DNA from: Myxococcota bacterium
GTDB lineage: Bacteria; Myxococcota_A; UBA9160; UBA4427
Direction of reading: 5' to 3'
DNA: 64,000 nucleotides
Assembly (NCBI GenBank): GCA_965223565.1
Contig: CBDCWV010000017.1
Span: 84,463-148,462 of the forward strand
Shown: one piece after another, positions 45,403 through 55,858 of the stretch
Layout: each line of letters opens with the position of its first letter
Numbering within the stretch: the stretch's first letter is position 1
Program-made: the position numbers and the translations under genes
The notes under the pieces: model-generated
The model's input: only the letters and a program-made list of their open reading frames with translations
The model's database searches: none
What the model was told of the DNA's origin: nothing

Positions 45403-46794
45403 ATGCAACAACTCAGCCCGAACGACGCCGTGTTCCTCTCGATCGAAACCGATGAGCTGCCCGCCCACGTGGGTGGCCTGAGCTTCCTCGAGCCCGTCGC
45501 GGGTCACCCCTTCAGCTACGACGCATTCGTCGAGCTGACCCGCGAGCGGATCGCACTCTGCGACCGATTCTCCTGGCGGCTCCAGGAGGTCCCCTTCGGC
45601 CTCGATCGACCTTATTGGGTGAGGACGCCCGACTTCGACGTCGCAGATCACCTGAGCCAGATCGCCCTGCCCGCACCCTACAGCGACGAAGCGCTCGCGA
45701 AGCTCGTCGGAATGCTCTTCGAGCGACCCCTCGACCGCACCCGACCGCTCTGGGAGATGATCCTGATCGAGGGGCTGCCGGGCGATCGGCGCGTTCTGTT
45801 GTGGAAGGTGCATCATTGCCTGATGGATGGTGCGTCGGGCGCGAACCTGAGCGAGCTGATGTACGACCTCGGCCCGGAGCCGGCTGCACGCGAGCGCAAC
45901 GCGCTCGTCGAGGAAGCGACCGCGGGCGATCCGGTCGCGCCGAGCGAGCTGATCGCGCGCGCGACCCGGAACGCGGCGCGGCTCCCGATCGCTCAATCGC
46001 GTCACCTCTTGCGACTCGTTCGTGACCAGCTGACTCGCCGAGAGGAGGAGGCACCAGCCACCGCCCCCGTCGCGCCCTTCAATGGCGTCGTCGGTATGCA
46101 GCGCGGCGTCGTCTGGTCTTCCGTGTCCTTCGATGCGGTCAAGCGTCTCAAGGATACGCTCGGCGTCACAGTGAACGACATCGTCCTGTCGATCACGGCG
46201 GGCGCGCTGCGCGACTACCTGAAGGAACACGACCGCCTACCCGAAGCGTCGCTCGTCGCGTCCGTTCCGTGCTCGCTGCGCAAGGCGGACGACAAGCGGA
46301 TGGGAAACCAGGTCTCCGAGCTCGCCGTGCGATGGTCGACGGATATCGCCGACCCGATCGAGCGCGTGCTGCGGATCCACGACGACGCCGATCACGCGAA
46401 GCGTCGCGCGAAGAACGGCGAATCGCTCGACATGATCAAGATGATGGGCGATGCGCTCCTGCCGGGTGCGCTCCAGCTGATGATCCGCGGCGCGTCGATT
46501 GCGGCCGACAAGATGCCGCTACCGGCGAACGCGGTCGTCTCGAACGTGCCGATGACACCCTTTCCGCTCTACTGCGCGGGGATGAAGATCGCCAAGGCGA
46601 TCCCGATCTCGCTGCTGGCGCCGACGCAGGGTATGAACATCACCGTGCTCACCTACTGCGGCGAGATGCATTTCGGGATCGTCCACGATCCCGAGCTGCT
46701 GCCCGAGCCCTGGTCCCTGGCCGGACGGATCGAGAAGAACCTCCAGGTTCTCCAGCAGGCGGTAGACGAACAGATCGAAGGCGATCCGTTCTGA
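45403..46794 (+). CDS. Wax ester synthase / diacylglycerol O-acyltransferase (WS/DGAT), canonical
   Basis: MQQLSPNDAVFLSIE N-terminus, PLWEMILIEGLPGDRRVLLWKVHHCLMDGASG (intact HHxxxDG) and C-terminal NVPMTPFPLYCAG. The ATG at 45403 follows GGAG. Confidence 0.85.
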   Translation: MQQLSPNDAVFLSIETDELPAHVGGLSFLEPVAGHPFSYDAFVELTRERIALCDRFSWRLQEVPFGLDRPYWVRTPDFDVADHLSQIALPAPYSDEALAKLVGMLFERPLDRTRPLWEMILIEGLPGDRRVLLWKVHHCLMDGASGANLSELMYDLGPEPAARERNALVEEATAGDPVAPSELIARATRNAARLPIAQSRHLLRLVRDQLTRREEEAPATAPVAPFNGVVGMQRGVVWSSVSFDAVKRLKDTLGVTVNDIVLSITAGALRDYLKEHDRLPEASLVASVPCSLRKADDKRMGNQVSELAVRWSTDIADPIERVLRIHDDADHAKRRAKNGESLDMIKMMGDALLPGALQLMIRGASIAADKMPLPANAVVSNVPMTPFPLYCAGMKIAKAIPISLLAPTQGMNITVLTYCGEMHFGIVHDPELLPEPWSLAGRIEKNLQVLQQAVDEQIEGDPF

Positions 46795-46801
46795 CCGCCG
46801 T

Positions 46802-47452
46802 TCACGGATCGTCTCGAGACACGTCGATCAGACCTTCGTCCCGCTCGAGACTCCGCTCGATCCAGCGGCGGTAGACCGATTCCGGCTGGGCCCCGATCAC
46901 GATTGCCTCGTTGTCGATCCGTCGGATCGCGGGGACGCCACTGGCGCCGAGGCGCCGGGCCTCGGCGTGCTCCCGACGTGCTTCGTCTGCGAGCACGGGG
47001 TCCCGTGCCCGCTCGAAGTCGGCCAGGGGGAGATCGCATTCGAGCCAGATCTCGCGCAAGACCTCGAACGAGGAGATGTCACGACTCTCGGAGAAGTAGG
47101 CGCTCATCAGGCGCAGGTGGATCCGCGCGAATCCGGCCTCGGAGACGAGCCGCGCCGCCTTCGCGACGCAATGAGCCGGGACGCTATGCGAAGGCGGTGG
47201 ATCGTTCGAAGCCCAGGGGTTGAATTCGCCCGCATCCGGCTCGGCTGCCGGCCGCGTCCAGGACTCCGTGTAGCGGCGAAACCGGATGGGATCGCGCTCG
47301 CCGCGCGCGACCGGACGAAGGAGGTAGCTCTGCCAACGGATTTGGACGCGCCCACCGAAGTCCGCTCTGAGGCGTTCGAGCCGACGCGCCGCATTCCAGC
47401 ACCAGGGACAGAGATAGTCGGACCACGCAACGAACCCGACGGCGCGCGACAC
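46802..47452 (-). CDS. DsbA-family (FrnE-like) thiol-disulfide oxidoreductase
   Basis: FVAWSDYLCPWCW gives the CPWC active site in a DSBA-like thioredoxin-fold context. 216 aa. Confidence 0.75.
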   Translation of the reverse strand: MSRAVGFVAWSDYLCPWCWNAARRLERLRADFGGRVQIRWQSYLLRPVARGERDPIRFRRYTESWTRPAAEPDAGEFNPWASNDPPPSHSVPAHCVAKAARLVSEAGFARIHLRLMSAYFSESRDISSFEVLREIWLECDLPLADFERARDPVLADEARREHAEARRLGASGVPAIRRIDNEAIVIGAQPESVYRRWIERSLERDEGLIDVSRDDP

Positions 47453-47463
47453 CGGGGGACGGC

Positions 47464-47961
47464 TCAGCTCGCGGGCTCGAAACGACCGTAGCCGCCACGA
47501 AAGAAGAGCAGCGGCTCACCTTCGTGAACCTGCGCCTCCTCGATCTCGCCGACGCAGAGCACGTGATCCCCGGCCTCGTGCCACCCGACGAGTCGGCAGT
47601 CGAGATTCACGAGTGCGCCGACGAGCAGCGGTGCACCGGTCTTGGCCTCGAAGGTCTCGACGCCCTCGAAGCGCTTGAACTCGTCTTTCTTGGACGCGAA
47701 GCGATTGGAGAGGGAATCCTGGTCGCTTCGCAGGACGTTGACGCCGAAGCAGCGTCCCCGCTCGATCACACCGGTCGTGACCGACGTCTTGGCGGCGCAG
47801 ACCAGGGCGAGCGGGGGATCGAGTGATGCCCCGCTGAAATCGGACACGGTCATGCCGTGGATCTGATCGCCGGCGCGCGAAGTGATGATCGTGACACCGC
47901 TCGCCCAGGAGCCCATCGCGGCTCGAAACTCGTCTGCGTCTATCGCCATCCGCCCTCCCAC
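47464..47961 (-). CDS. Flavin reductase-like (FMN-binding split-barrel) protein
   Basis: WASGVTIITSRAGDQIHGMTVSDFSGASLDPPLALVC is the typical flavin reductase domain start. 165 aa. Confidence 0.75.
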   Translation of the reverse strand: MGGRMAIDADEFRAAMGSWASGVTIITSRAGDQIHGMTVSDFSGASLDPPLALVCAAKTSVTTGVIERGRCFGVNVLRSDQDSLSNRFASKKDEFKRFEGVETFEAKTGAPLLVGALVNLDCRLVGWHEAGDHVLCVGEIEEAQVHEGEPLLFFRGGYGRFEPAS

Positions 47962-48018
47962 CTTTCGCGCGACCCGCGTCGGACGCGCTCGATTCTACAC
48001 GGGTGGGATCCGCGCCGC

Positions 48019-49395
48019 TCAGGTGGGTGGGGCCGCGTCTCCCCTGGCAGCGTCGCGTCGCGCACCCTGCTGCAGGAAGGCCAACACGTAGGGCCCGACG
48101 ACGTCGAGCGGGCGGATCCCGGGCGCGAGCTCCGCCGCCAATCCGTAGAGCAGCGAGAACGCCCTGCCCCACGCCACCAGACCGTCCGGCAGCCGAAAGC
48201 TCTGCAACATCCAGAGATGCTCGCGCATCCGCGCGAAATACTCCCCGAAATCGAGCTCGCTCAGCTCGGCGGGCGTGAGGTTGTAGTAGGCGGGGTCGAA
48301 GGAGATGCGAGCGAGCGAGCGAGCGGGCTCGCGATCCCTCTCCGCCAGGATCCCGATCTGGATCATGCTGTCGACCCAGAGCGCCTCGTTGCGCGTCACG
48401 GCGGCCAACACGTTCTGCCGGATGCCATCCATGATCTGTGGGTCGATTTCCTGGTTCATCCCGAAATCGATGATCGCAACGCGGCCGGACTCGTCGACGA
48501 GCAGGTTTCCCGGATGGGGATCACAGTGGAAGAAGTTGTCGCGGAACATCTGGTGCAGAAAGGCGCGCGTCGCCACCTCGACGGCTGCCTGGAGGTCGAT
48601 GCCGCGCGCCTCGAGGGCGGCCCGATCGTTGATCTTGTCGCCCTCGATGAACTCCATCGTGAGGACCCGACGCGCAGAGGTCTGCCATTCGATGTGCGGG
48701 ATTCGGACGCGCGCGAAGAGCTCGGGATCGTTCGCGAGATTGGCCGCCACGCGCTCCGCCGCCCTGCCCTCCGCGATGTAGTCCATCTCGCCCCGGATCG
48801 AGCGCGCGAGCTGGGCGTGGATCGAGAGCAGGTCGGGCGGCACGAAGCGATCGAAGAGCCAGAGCGCGAGCCTGGCCATGCGCAGGTCGACCGCAACCGA
48901 TCGTTCGACATCCGGATAGAGCACCTTGACGGCGACGTCCTTGCCACTCCGGTCACGCGCGCGGTGGACCTGACCGAGACTGGCTGCCGCCACGGGCTCG
49001 CGCTCGATCGATTCGAAGAGCTCCGCAGTCGAGCGGCCGAGCTCCTGCTCGATCTGGTAGTCGATCTCCGCGAAGGGATGGGGCGGCACGCGATCCTGCA
49101 GTCGTACCAGCTCCGCGGTCATCGCGTCCGGAATCACGTCGACCCGGAGACTCGCGACCTGCCCGAGCTTGATGAGTCCGCCCCGAAATGTCGCGGCGAT
49201 CCGTACGAAACGGGCCGCAAAACGCCGATCGAGCTCTTCGATCCAGAGGGCATCGCGGGCGAGCCAACCGCGGCGCACGGCTCGATGGAGTACGTAGACC
49301 CAACCGGCGTGGACGATCAGGCTCCCCAGTACGAGTGCGCGTCGGATCAGGGTCGAGCGACGGATCCGGAAGCTCGGCCTTCCCGCCTCACTCAA
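48019..49395 (-). CDS. ABC1/UbiB-family atypical kinase
   Basis: GGLIKLGQVASLRVDVIP, AAASLGQVHRA, VAVKVLYP and FFHCDPHPGNLLV motifs. The proposed TTG start at 49395 overlaps the upstream stop (TTGA). The ORF is open to 49707, so the start is uncertain. Confidence 0.75.
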   Translation of the reverse strand: MSEAGRPSFRIRRSTLIRRALVLGSLIVHAGWVYVLHRAVRRGWLARDALWIEELDRRFAARFVRIAATFRGGLIKLGQVASLRVDVIPDAMTAELVRLQDRVPPHPFAEIDYQIEQELGRSTAELFESIEREPVAAASLGQVHRARDRSGKDVAVKVLYPDVERSVAVDLRMARLALWLFDRFVPPDLLSIHAQLARSIRGEMDYIAEGRAAERVAANLANDPELFARVRIPHIEWQTSARRVLTMEFIEGDKINDRAALEARGIDLQAAVEVATRAFLHQMFRDNFFHCDPHPGNLLVDESGRVAIIDFGMNQEIDPQIMDGIRQNVLAAVTRNEALWVDSMIQIGILAERDREPARSLARISFDPAYYNLTPAELSELDFGEYFARMREHLWMLQSFRLPDGLVAWGRAFSLLYGLAAELAPGIRPLDVVGPYVLAFLQQGARRDAARGDAAPPT

Positions 49396-50387
49396 CGCGG
49401 CGTCTGCGACGGACTCGGTGCGGCGTTCATCGACCGAACCCGCTTCGCCTTCGGAATCGTCTCGCCGGGCGCCTGCTGGCGCTCCGAGCCCGCCTTCGAT
49501 CGCTTGCGATCCCGCAGCGGCTGCGGCTTTCCGCGGGGCTCCAGACGGATTTCGATGCGCCGGTTGCGAGCGCGATTCTCGGCACTCGAGTTCGGCGCGA
49601 CCGGGTCGTTCGGGCCGAGCGAGACCGCCGCCAGGCGATCGCCGGGGACCCCCCTCTCCTCGAGCAGCCGCACGACGCGCGCGGCGCGCGCCGCCGCCAG
49701 CTCCCAATTCGTCGGGAAGCGTCGCGAGAGGCTCCCGCGGATCGGGCGATCGTCGGTGTGACCGCGAACCTCGATGAAGTCGTCGAGGCTCTTGAGCTGA
49801 CCGGCGACCTTGACGAGCACCTCGCGACCGATCCGATCGAGCTCCGCCGAGCCCGACGCGAACAAGACGTCGTCGGAGACGTTCAGTCGGATTCCGTCGC
49901 GAAGCCGCTCGATCTCGATCTGACCCGAGGAGACCTCGGCCTCGAGATCCATCACCATCTCGTCATAGGTGGATTGCAGGGCCGCGATCTCCGCCTCGCG
50001 CGCCGCCAGGGCGGACGCCGTCTCCATCAAGGCCCGCTTCTTCTGGCCGAGGTCGGCATCGAGCTTCTTCGCCTGCGCTTCGAGCTCGGTCAGGTTGCTC
50101 GCCAGGCGTGTCCGCACGACGCGCTCGTCCTCGTAGGACTCCTGCGCTTCGTAGAACTGTTCCTGCAGACTGTTCCGCTCGATCTCGAGCCGCTCGACCT
50201 TCGTCTCGAGCGCCTCGCGTTGGCGATCGAGCGCGGCGTGCTCGGCGCGCAACGCATCGTATGCCGTGCGCGTCACACAGCCCGAAAGGCCCGACACGAG
50301 AGCCACGCCGAGCACGATCAGCCACAAGGGTCGCGCGCCAGTCCGCGCGCATCGGATTCGCGACACGAGATGAGCCCCCCGATTCAT
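49392..50387 (-). CDS. OmpA/MotB-domain lipoprotein with a long coiled-coil
   Basis: Lipobox LSGC, then about 150 aa of heptad-like coiled-coil. The OmpA_C-like block reads LFASGSAEL...VRGHTDDRPI...NWELAAARAARVV...NRRIEI. ATG at 50387. Confidence 0.8.
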   Translation of the reverse strand: MNRGAHLVSRIRCARTGARPLWLIVLGVALVSGLSGCVTRTAYDALRAEHAALDRQREALETKVERLEIERNSLQEQFYEAQESYEDERVVRTRLASNLTELEAQAKKLDADLGQKKRALMETASALAAREAEIAALQSTYDEMVMDLEAEVSSGQIEIERLRDGIRLNVSDDVLFASGSAELDRIGREVLVKVAGQLKSLDDFIEVRGHTDDRPIRGSLSRRFPTNWELAAARAARVVRLLEERGVPGDRLAAVSLGPNDPVAPNSSAENRARNRRIEIRLEPRGKPQPLRDRKRSKAGSERQQAPGETIPKAKRVRSMNAAPSPSQTPR

Positions 50388-50404
50388 GACGCCGGTCGCG
50401 TGCC

Positions 50405-52843
50405 TCAGCCGAGCGTGAGGTCGAGCGCCTCGTCGATCGTCCCGACGAAGCAGAGCTCGAGGCCCTCGAGCAACGGCTGGCTGATCTCCTCGACGTCCCG
50501 CCGATTCCGCTCGGGCAGGACGACACGCTCGATCCCGGCTCGTTTCGCCGCCAGCACCTTCTCTTTCACGCCGCCAACCGGTAGCACTTTCCCCCGCAAA
50601 GTGATCTCGCCGGTCATCGCGACCCGCGGTCGTACGCGTCGACCCGTCAGGAGTGATGCGAGTGCGGTCACCATCCCGACGCCGGCCGACGGCCCGTCCT
50701 TCGGAACGGCACCCTGCGGCACGTGGACGTGGACGTCGTGTGACTCGAACTGGTTGGGCTCGAGCTTGTACTCGTCGGCGTGATTGCGTAGCCAGGAACG
50801 CGCCGCCTCGACGGATTCGCGCATCACGTCCCCCATCGAGCCCGTCAGCTTCAGGTGTCCCTTGCCCGGCATCCGAGTCGCCTCGATGAAGAGGATGTCG
50901 CCCCCGGTCGGCGTCCACGCCAATCCGACCGCGACCCCCGGCACCATGTCGTCCTCGGCCAGCTCCGGCTCGGCCTTGATCGGCCCGAGCAGCTCGTGCA
51001 CGGCCTCCTCGTCGATCTCGATTTTTTCGGGTGCCGTTCCCTCGGCCACCTGACGAGCGACCTTGCGACAGACGGCACCGATCTCACGCTCGAGGTTGCG
51101 CACGCCAGCCTCGCGCGTGTAGCGCTCGATGATGCGTTGGATCGCACCGTCGGTCAGCTGGAAGTCGACCCCGCCGATTCCGTTTCGCACCACCTGGCGC
51201 GGAATCAAGAAGCCCTTGGCGATCTCGACCTTCTCTTCGAGCGTATAGCCGGGTAGCTCGATCACCTCCATTCGATCGCGCAATGCGGGCGGAACCGTAT
51301 CCATCACGTTGGCCGTCGCGATGAAGAGCACCTGGGAGAGATCGATCGGCACCTCGAGATAGTGATCGCTGAACTCGGAATTCTGCTCGGGGTCCAGTAC
51401 CTCGAGCAGGGCCGACGAGGGATCGCCGCGACCATCCGCACCCACCTTGTCGATCTCGTCCAACACGATCACCGGATTGCGCGTCCCGGCCTTGCGCAAT
51501 CCCTGGACGAAGCGACCGGGCAAGGCGCCCACGTAGGTGCGGCGATGGCCACGAACCTCGGCCTCGTCACGCACACCACCGAGCGAGATCCGCACGAATT
51601 GGCGTCCGAGGGCGCGCGCGACCGACTTCCCGAGCGAGGTCTTGCCCGTCCCGGGCGGCCCGGCAAAGCAGAGAATCGGCCCCTTCAGGTCGCGCTTGAG
51701 CGACAGGACGGCGATGTACTCGACGATCCGATCCTTGATCTTCTCGAGCCCGAAATGATCCGCATCGAGCACCTCACGAGCGGCTTCGACGTCGAGCACG
51801 TCCTCGGACGTCTCGTTCCAGGGAAACGCGATCATCCACTCGAGGTAGTTCCGGATCACGGCGTGCTCGGCGGCCGCCGATGGGGTCTGCGCGAAGCGTT
51901 CGAGCTCGCGCGTCGCCTGCTTGAGCGCCTCTTCGGGCATACCGGCGGCCTCGATCTCGTTGCGCAGGCGCTCGACCTCCTCCTCGTCGTCCTCCCCTTC
52001 GCCGAGCTCGCGTCGAATCGCATCGAGCTGCTGACGCAGCATGTACTCGCGCTGCGTCTTGCCCATCTCGTTCTGGACCTTCTGCTTGATCTCGGTCTCG
52101 ATCTGGAGCGCCTCCGTCTCCTTCGAGAGCTGATCGAGCACGAGTCGCAGGCGGATTCGAACGTTTCTCGCCTCGAGGATCTGCTGCTTGCCGGCGACGT
52201 CGAGATCGAGGTTGGATGCGACCAGATCGGCCAGCTTCGACGGGTCGTCGAGGTTCGCGACGAGAACCTGGAGCTCGTCGGACAGACGCGAGCTCTCGGA
52301 GACGAGGGTGCTGAACTGCTGGGCAACGCTGCGCACGAGCGCCGTCATCTCGACCGACGCCTCGTCGTCCTCCGTGGTCGCGTCGTCGTCTCCGACCTCC
52401 TCGATTCGGGAGATCTCCGCACGCAGGAAGGGCTCGCTTGCCGTAAATCGGCCCAGCTCCACGCGGGCCACACCCTGCACGAGCAGCCGGTACGAGTCGT
52501 CCGGGAACTTGAGCATCTTGACGATCCGCAAGACCGTTCCCACGGAATAGACGTCGTCCGCCCCCGGCGGTCCGGCGACGTCGCGTTTGACGGCCGTGCA
52601 GACCATCAAGCGATCCGGCCGCACGAGTACGTCGTCGATCAGGCGCTGCGAGGCCGGCGTATTCACCAACAGGGGTGAGAGCAGGTACGGAAACAGGACC
52701 GTGTTCTTGAGCGGCAGCACGGGCAGCTCGTCCGGCAGCTGGGTCAGCTCGTCGACCTCGTCATCCGGACCGCTCCCGACCTGGATCTCCATGCCGCCCA
52801 GCTGCTCTTCGAAATCGCTCTCGTCTTCTTCCATCGGCTCCAT
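50405..52843 (-). CDS. lon: ATP-dependent protease La (LonA), copy 2
   Basis: LPVLPLKNTVLFPYLLSPLLV, Walker A GPPGTGKTS, PKDGPSAGVGM, PVGGVKEK. An ATG at 52843 (MEPMEED) is chosen; the ORF is open to 53053. Confidence 0.9.
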   Translation of the reverse strand: MEPMEEDESDFEEQLGGMEIQVGSGPDDEVDELTQLPDELPVLPLKNTVLFPYLLSPLLVNTPASQRLIDDVLVRPDRLMVCTAVKRDVAGPPGADDVYSVGTVLRIVKMLKFPDDSYRLLVQGVARVELGRFTASEPFLRAEISRIEEVGDDDATTEDDEASVEMTALVRSVAQQFSTLVSESSRLSDELQVLVANLDDPSKLADLVASNLDLDVAGKQQILEARNVRIRLRLVLDQLSKETEALQIETEIKQKVQNEMGKTQREYMLRQQLDAIRRELGEGEDDEEEVERLRNEIEAAGMPEEALKQATRELERFAQTPSAAAEHAVIRNYLEWMIAFPWNETSEDVLDVEAAREVLDADHFGLEKIKDRIVEYIAVLSLKRDLKGPILCFAGPPGTGKTSLGKSVARALGRQFVRISLGGVRDEAEVRGHRRTYVGALPGRFVQGLRKAGTRNPVIVLDEIDKVGADGRGDPSSALLEVLDPEQNSEFSDHYLEVPIDLSQVLFIATANVMDTVPPALRDRMEVIELPGYTLEEKVEIAKGFLIPRQVVRNGIGGVDFQLTDGAIQRIIERYTREAGVRNLEREIGAVCRKVARQVAEGTAPEKIEIDEEAVHELLGPIKAEPELAEDDMVPGVAVGLAWTPTGGDILFIEATRMPGKGHLKLTGSMGDVMRESVEAARSWLRNHADEYKLEPNQFESHDVHVHVPQGAVPKDGPSAGVGMVTALASLLTGRRVRPRVAMTGEITLRGKVLPVGGVKEKVLAAKRAGIERVVLPERNRRDVEEISQPLLEGLELCFVGTIDEALDLTLG

Positions 52844-52982
52844 CCCCCGCAATCGTTGCTCGACTGCCGGGCCTGCTCGCCTACCGCATGACCGTTCGGC
52901 CGCTACCGCTTTCCGCCTGCTCTCGTCGACGCGTCGGCTCCCGTACGGGCAACGCGCGCGTCCGCTGCACTCGACGCCGAGC

Positions 52983-53432
52983 TCATTGAGACTCGATCTC
53001 GAGCGTCTTCTTTCCTTCGTCCCGCTTGGGAATCCGCACCTCGAGAAACCCATCTTCGAGCCGTGCCCGCACCCGGGCGGGGTCGAAGCGGGCGTCGATC
53101 GGGATCTCGCGTTCGAAGGGACCGAACGAGATCTCCATCTGCTGCAGCCGATCGATCGGCCCGCTCGACGGCGCGCGTCGGATGCCGCGCAGCCGCAGGA
53201 CCGAGCCCTCGACGTTCACCCGCAGGTCGTCGCCGCTCACCCCGGCGACCTCGAAGCGCACGATCACGTCCGACGCCGTCTCGAAGACATCGGCCGAGGG
53301 CTGCCAGCGATCTCCGCGCAGGCGATCCGGAAACTCCCCGTAGAGCTCGGCGAGTGGATGCCGCCGGCTCTTCTCAGGAATCGTCGTTCTCCTGGGTGAA
53401 CTCGGCGTCGATGACGTCGTCGTCCCCCCCAC
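52983..53432 (-). CDS. Hsp20/alpha-crystallin small heat-shock protein (start codon unresolved)
   Basis: Alpha-crystallin core [41 protein letters not shown]...[10 protein letters not shown]...[14 protein letters not shown]. The only in-frame canonical start is a GTG at 53432, inside the dnaK 3' end. An ATT at 53381 sits behind AGGAGA. Confidence 0.75.
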   Translation of the reverse strand: MGGTTTSSTPSSPRRTTIPEKSRRHPLAELYGEFPDRLRGDRWQPSADVFETASDVIVRFEVAGVSGDDLRVNVEGSVLRLRGIRRAPSSGPIDRLQQMEISFGPFEREIPIDARFDPARVRARLEDGFLEVRIPKRDEGKKTLEIESQ

Positions 53433-55299
53433 CGCCGGTGCTGCCGGCCTCGCCGCCAGCCCCCGCCGAGGGGCCCGCGTCTGCGCCTGCCGCCTCGCTC
53501 TTGTAGAGCTTCTCGGCAACCTTGTGCAGCTCGGTCTCCACCCGCTGTCGCGCGGCATCGAGCTTCGCGACATCGCCCGACTCGAGATCCGCCTTGGCGT
53601 CCGTGAGGGCCGCCTCGATCGAGGTCTTCTCGGCGTCGTCGAGCTTCTCGGCGTTCTCTGCGATCGTCTTCTCGGCCTGATAGATCAGGCTATCGAGCTG
53701 GTTCTTCTTCTCGATCCCCTCGCGTCGCTCCTTGTCGGCGCTGGCATTCGCCTCGGCGTCGTTCACCATCCGCTCGATCTCGCCCTGATCGAGTCCGCCG
53801 CTGCCCTCGATCCGGATCGACTGCTCCTTGCCCGACGCCTTGTCCGTCGCACTGACTGCGAGGATGCCGTTCGCGTCGATATCGAAGGTGACCTCGACCT
53901 GTGGCACGCCACGCGGCGCAGGCGGGATCCCGTCGAGGATGAAGCGACCGATCTCGCGATTGTCGGCGGCCATCTCGCGCTCGCCCTGGAGCACACGGAT
54001 CTCGACCTGTGGCTGGTTGTCGGCCGCCGTCGAGAAGGTCTGCTGGGCCTTCGTCGGGACCGTCGTATTGCGTTCGATCAGCTTCGTCATGACCCCACCG
54101 AGCGTCTCGATTCCGAGCGAGAGCGGTGTCACGTCGAGCAGCAGCACGTCCTTGACGTCTCCCGCCAGAACGCCGCCCTGGATCGCCGCGCCGATCGCCA
54201 CGACCTCGTCGGGGTTCACGGTCTGGTTCAGCTCCTTGCCGAAGAGCTCCTGCACCTTCTGCTGGACGAGCGGCACGCGGGTCGAGCCACCGACCAACAC
54301 GACCTCGTCGATCTCGCTCGCCTTGAGCCCGGCGTCGGCCAGGGCCTTGCGGCAAGGCTCGAGGCTGCGATCGACCAGGTCGTCGATCAGCTGCTCGAAC
54401 TTCGAGCGGGTCAGCTTGAGCGTGAGGTGCTTCGGTCCGGACTGATCCGCCGTGATGTAGGGCAGATTGATGTCGCTCGCCTGCGCGGTCGACAGCTCGA
54501 TCTTCGCCTTCTCCGCCGCCTCGCGGAGCCGCTGGAGCGCCATCGGGTCCTTGCGCAGATCGATGCCCTGATCCTTCTGGAACTCCTCGACCAGGTAGTC
54601 GATCACGCGCTGATCGAGGTTGTCGCCGCCCAGGTGGGTATCCCCGTTGGTCGCCTTCACCTCGACCACGTTCTCACCGACCTCGAGAATCGAGATGTCG
54701 AAGGTGCCGCCACCGAAGTCGAAGACGGCGATCTTCTCGTCCTCTTTCTTGTCGAGTCCGTAGGCGAGCGCCGCGGCGGTCGGCTCGTTGATGATGCGCT
54801 TGACGTCGAGGCCCGCGATCTTGCCCGCGTCCTTGGTCGCCTGACGCTGGGCGTCGTTGAAGTACGCCGGGACGGTGATCACGGCGCCCGTCACGGTCGT
54901 TCCCAGATACGCCTCGGCGGCGGCCTTCAGCTTGCCGAGGATCATCGCCGAGATCTCGGGCGGTGCGAACGTCTTGTCGTCGATCTTGATCGCGACGCTG
55001 CCGTCCTTGCCCTCGACGATCTCGTAGGGCACGAGGCCCTTCTCCTCCGGCACCTCGGAGAGGCGACGACCCATGAAGCGCTTGACGGAGTAGACGGTCT
55101 TCGTCGGATTCGTGACGGCCTGGCGCTTGGCGATCGCGCCGACCAGCCGCTCGCCGTCGTCCGCGAAGCCGACGACGGAAGGCGTCGTGCGGCCCCCCTC
55201 CTCGTTCGCGATCACGGTCGGCTGGCCGCCCTCCATGACCGCCACCACGGAATTCGTCGTTCCCAGATCGATGCCGATGATCTTTCCTTCGCCTGCCAT
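53374..55299 (-). CDS. dnaK: Molecular chaperone DnaK (Hsp70)
   Basis: [28 protein letters not shown] and [10 protein letters not shown] motifs, with an acidic C-terminus. 641 aa. Confidence 0.95.
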   Translation of the reverse strand: MAGEGKIIGIDLGTTNSVVAVMEGGQPTVIANEEGGRTTPSVVGFADDGERLVGAIAKRQAVTNPTKTVYSVKRFMGRRLSEVPEEKGLVPYEIVEGKDGSVAIKIDDKTFAPPEISAMILGKLKAAAEAYLGTTVTGAVITVPAYFNDAQRQATKDAGKIAGLDVKRIINEPTAAALAYGLDKKEDEKIAVFDFGGGTFDISILEVGENVVEVKATNGDTHLGGDNLDQRVIDYLVEEFQKDQGIDLRKDPMALQRLREAAEKAKIELSTAQASDINLPYITADQSGPKHLTLKLTRSKFEQLIDDLVDRSLEPCRKALADAGLKASEIDEVVLVGGSTRVPLVQQKVQELFGKELNQTVNPDEVVAIGAAIQGGVLAGDVKDVLLLDVTPLSLGIETLGGVMTKLIERNTTVPTKAQQTFSTAADNQPQVEIRVLQGEREMAADNREIGRFILDGIPPAPRGVPQVEVTFDIDANGILAVSATDKASGKEQSIRIEGSGGLDQGEIERMVNDAEANASADKERREGIEKKNQLDSLIYQAEKTIAENAEKLDDAEKTSIEAALTDAKADLESGDVAKLDAARQRVETELHKVAEKLYKSEAAGADAGPSAGAGGEAGSTGGGGDDDVIDAEFTQENDDS

Positions 55300-55437
55300 G
55301 CTCGTCGCCCCTTCTCTCTGTCCTGTCTCTCTCGCTCGCGGTCACGCGCTCTCTCGCTCGCGCGGATGCGCGAGCGGGTCGCTCCGTCAGAGCCTGACGA
55401 AGCACGGATCAGCCCCCCGGTTGACTTCCGTCGGGGA

Positions 55438-55465
55438 AACTGGGGCCGGGGACCCGGCTGTCAAT
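55438..55465 (-). promoter_or_regulatory. Candidate sigma-32-type heat-shock promoter upstream of dnaK
   Basis: The minus strand reads ATTGACA-N13-CCCCAGTT, compared with the E. coli-type consensus CTTGAA-N13-15-CCCCATNT. It lies about 140 nt upstream of the dnaK ATG. Pattern match only. Confidence 0.3.
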
Positions 55466-55858
55466 CCGACGCCAGCAATATTTCGGCGCTCGACCGAGCG
55501 GCGGCTCGGGCCCGATCTGTGACGGAGAGCACGGCCTGCGAGTCCAGATTGCAGTGGAATCCCTTCGCCTCGTGCGAGGCCCCGACCCCGCGCCGCGCGA
55601 ACCCGGTCCCGGCGCACGGGGTCTGCTCGAGGTGGGCTGCAGCCGGGATCGGCGCGCCGGCGAGCGACCGGCGGATGTGATGAAAGATCTCCAGTAACCG
55701 CCTGAATCTCCGATGGTTTGAATGGAGATGGTGTCGGGGCCCGGCTATATTGCGCCGGCTCCGGAATCGTCGCCCGAGCGAGCCCGTGGCCTGGCACGAA
55801 CGGCTTCGCGTGAGCGAGCCGGCGGCGAGGCGCGGACGGCGGAAGGACGAGGAACGGA

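Noticed and set aside
55792-55809. TGGCAC element (CTGGCACGAACGGCTTCGC), a possible sigma-54 -24/-12 promoter 60 bp upstream of gspC
   Set aside because: The -24 TGGCAC is perfect, but no GC dinucleotide sits at the required spacing (GG to GC is 10 or 15 nt instead of 12) and there is no TTGC. No bEBP is adjacent. The evidence is insufficient.
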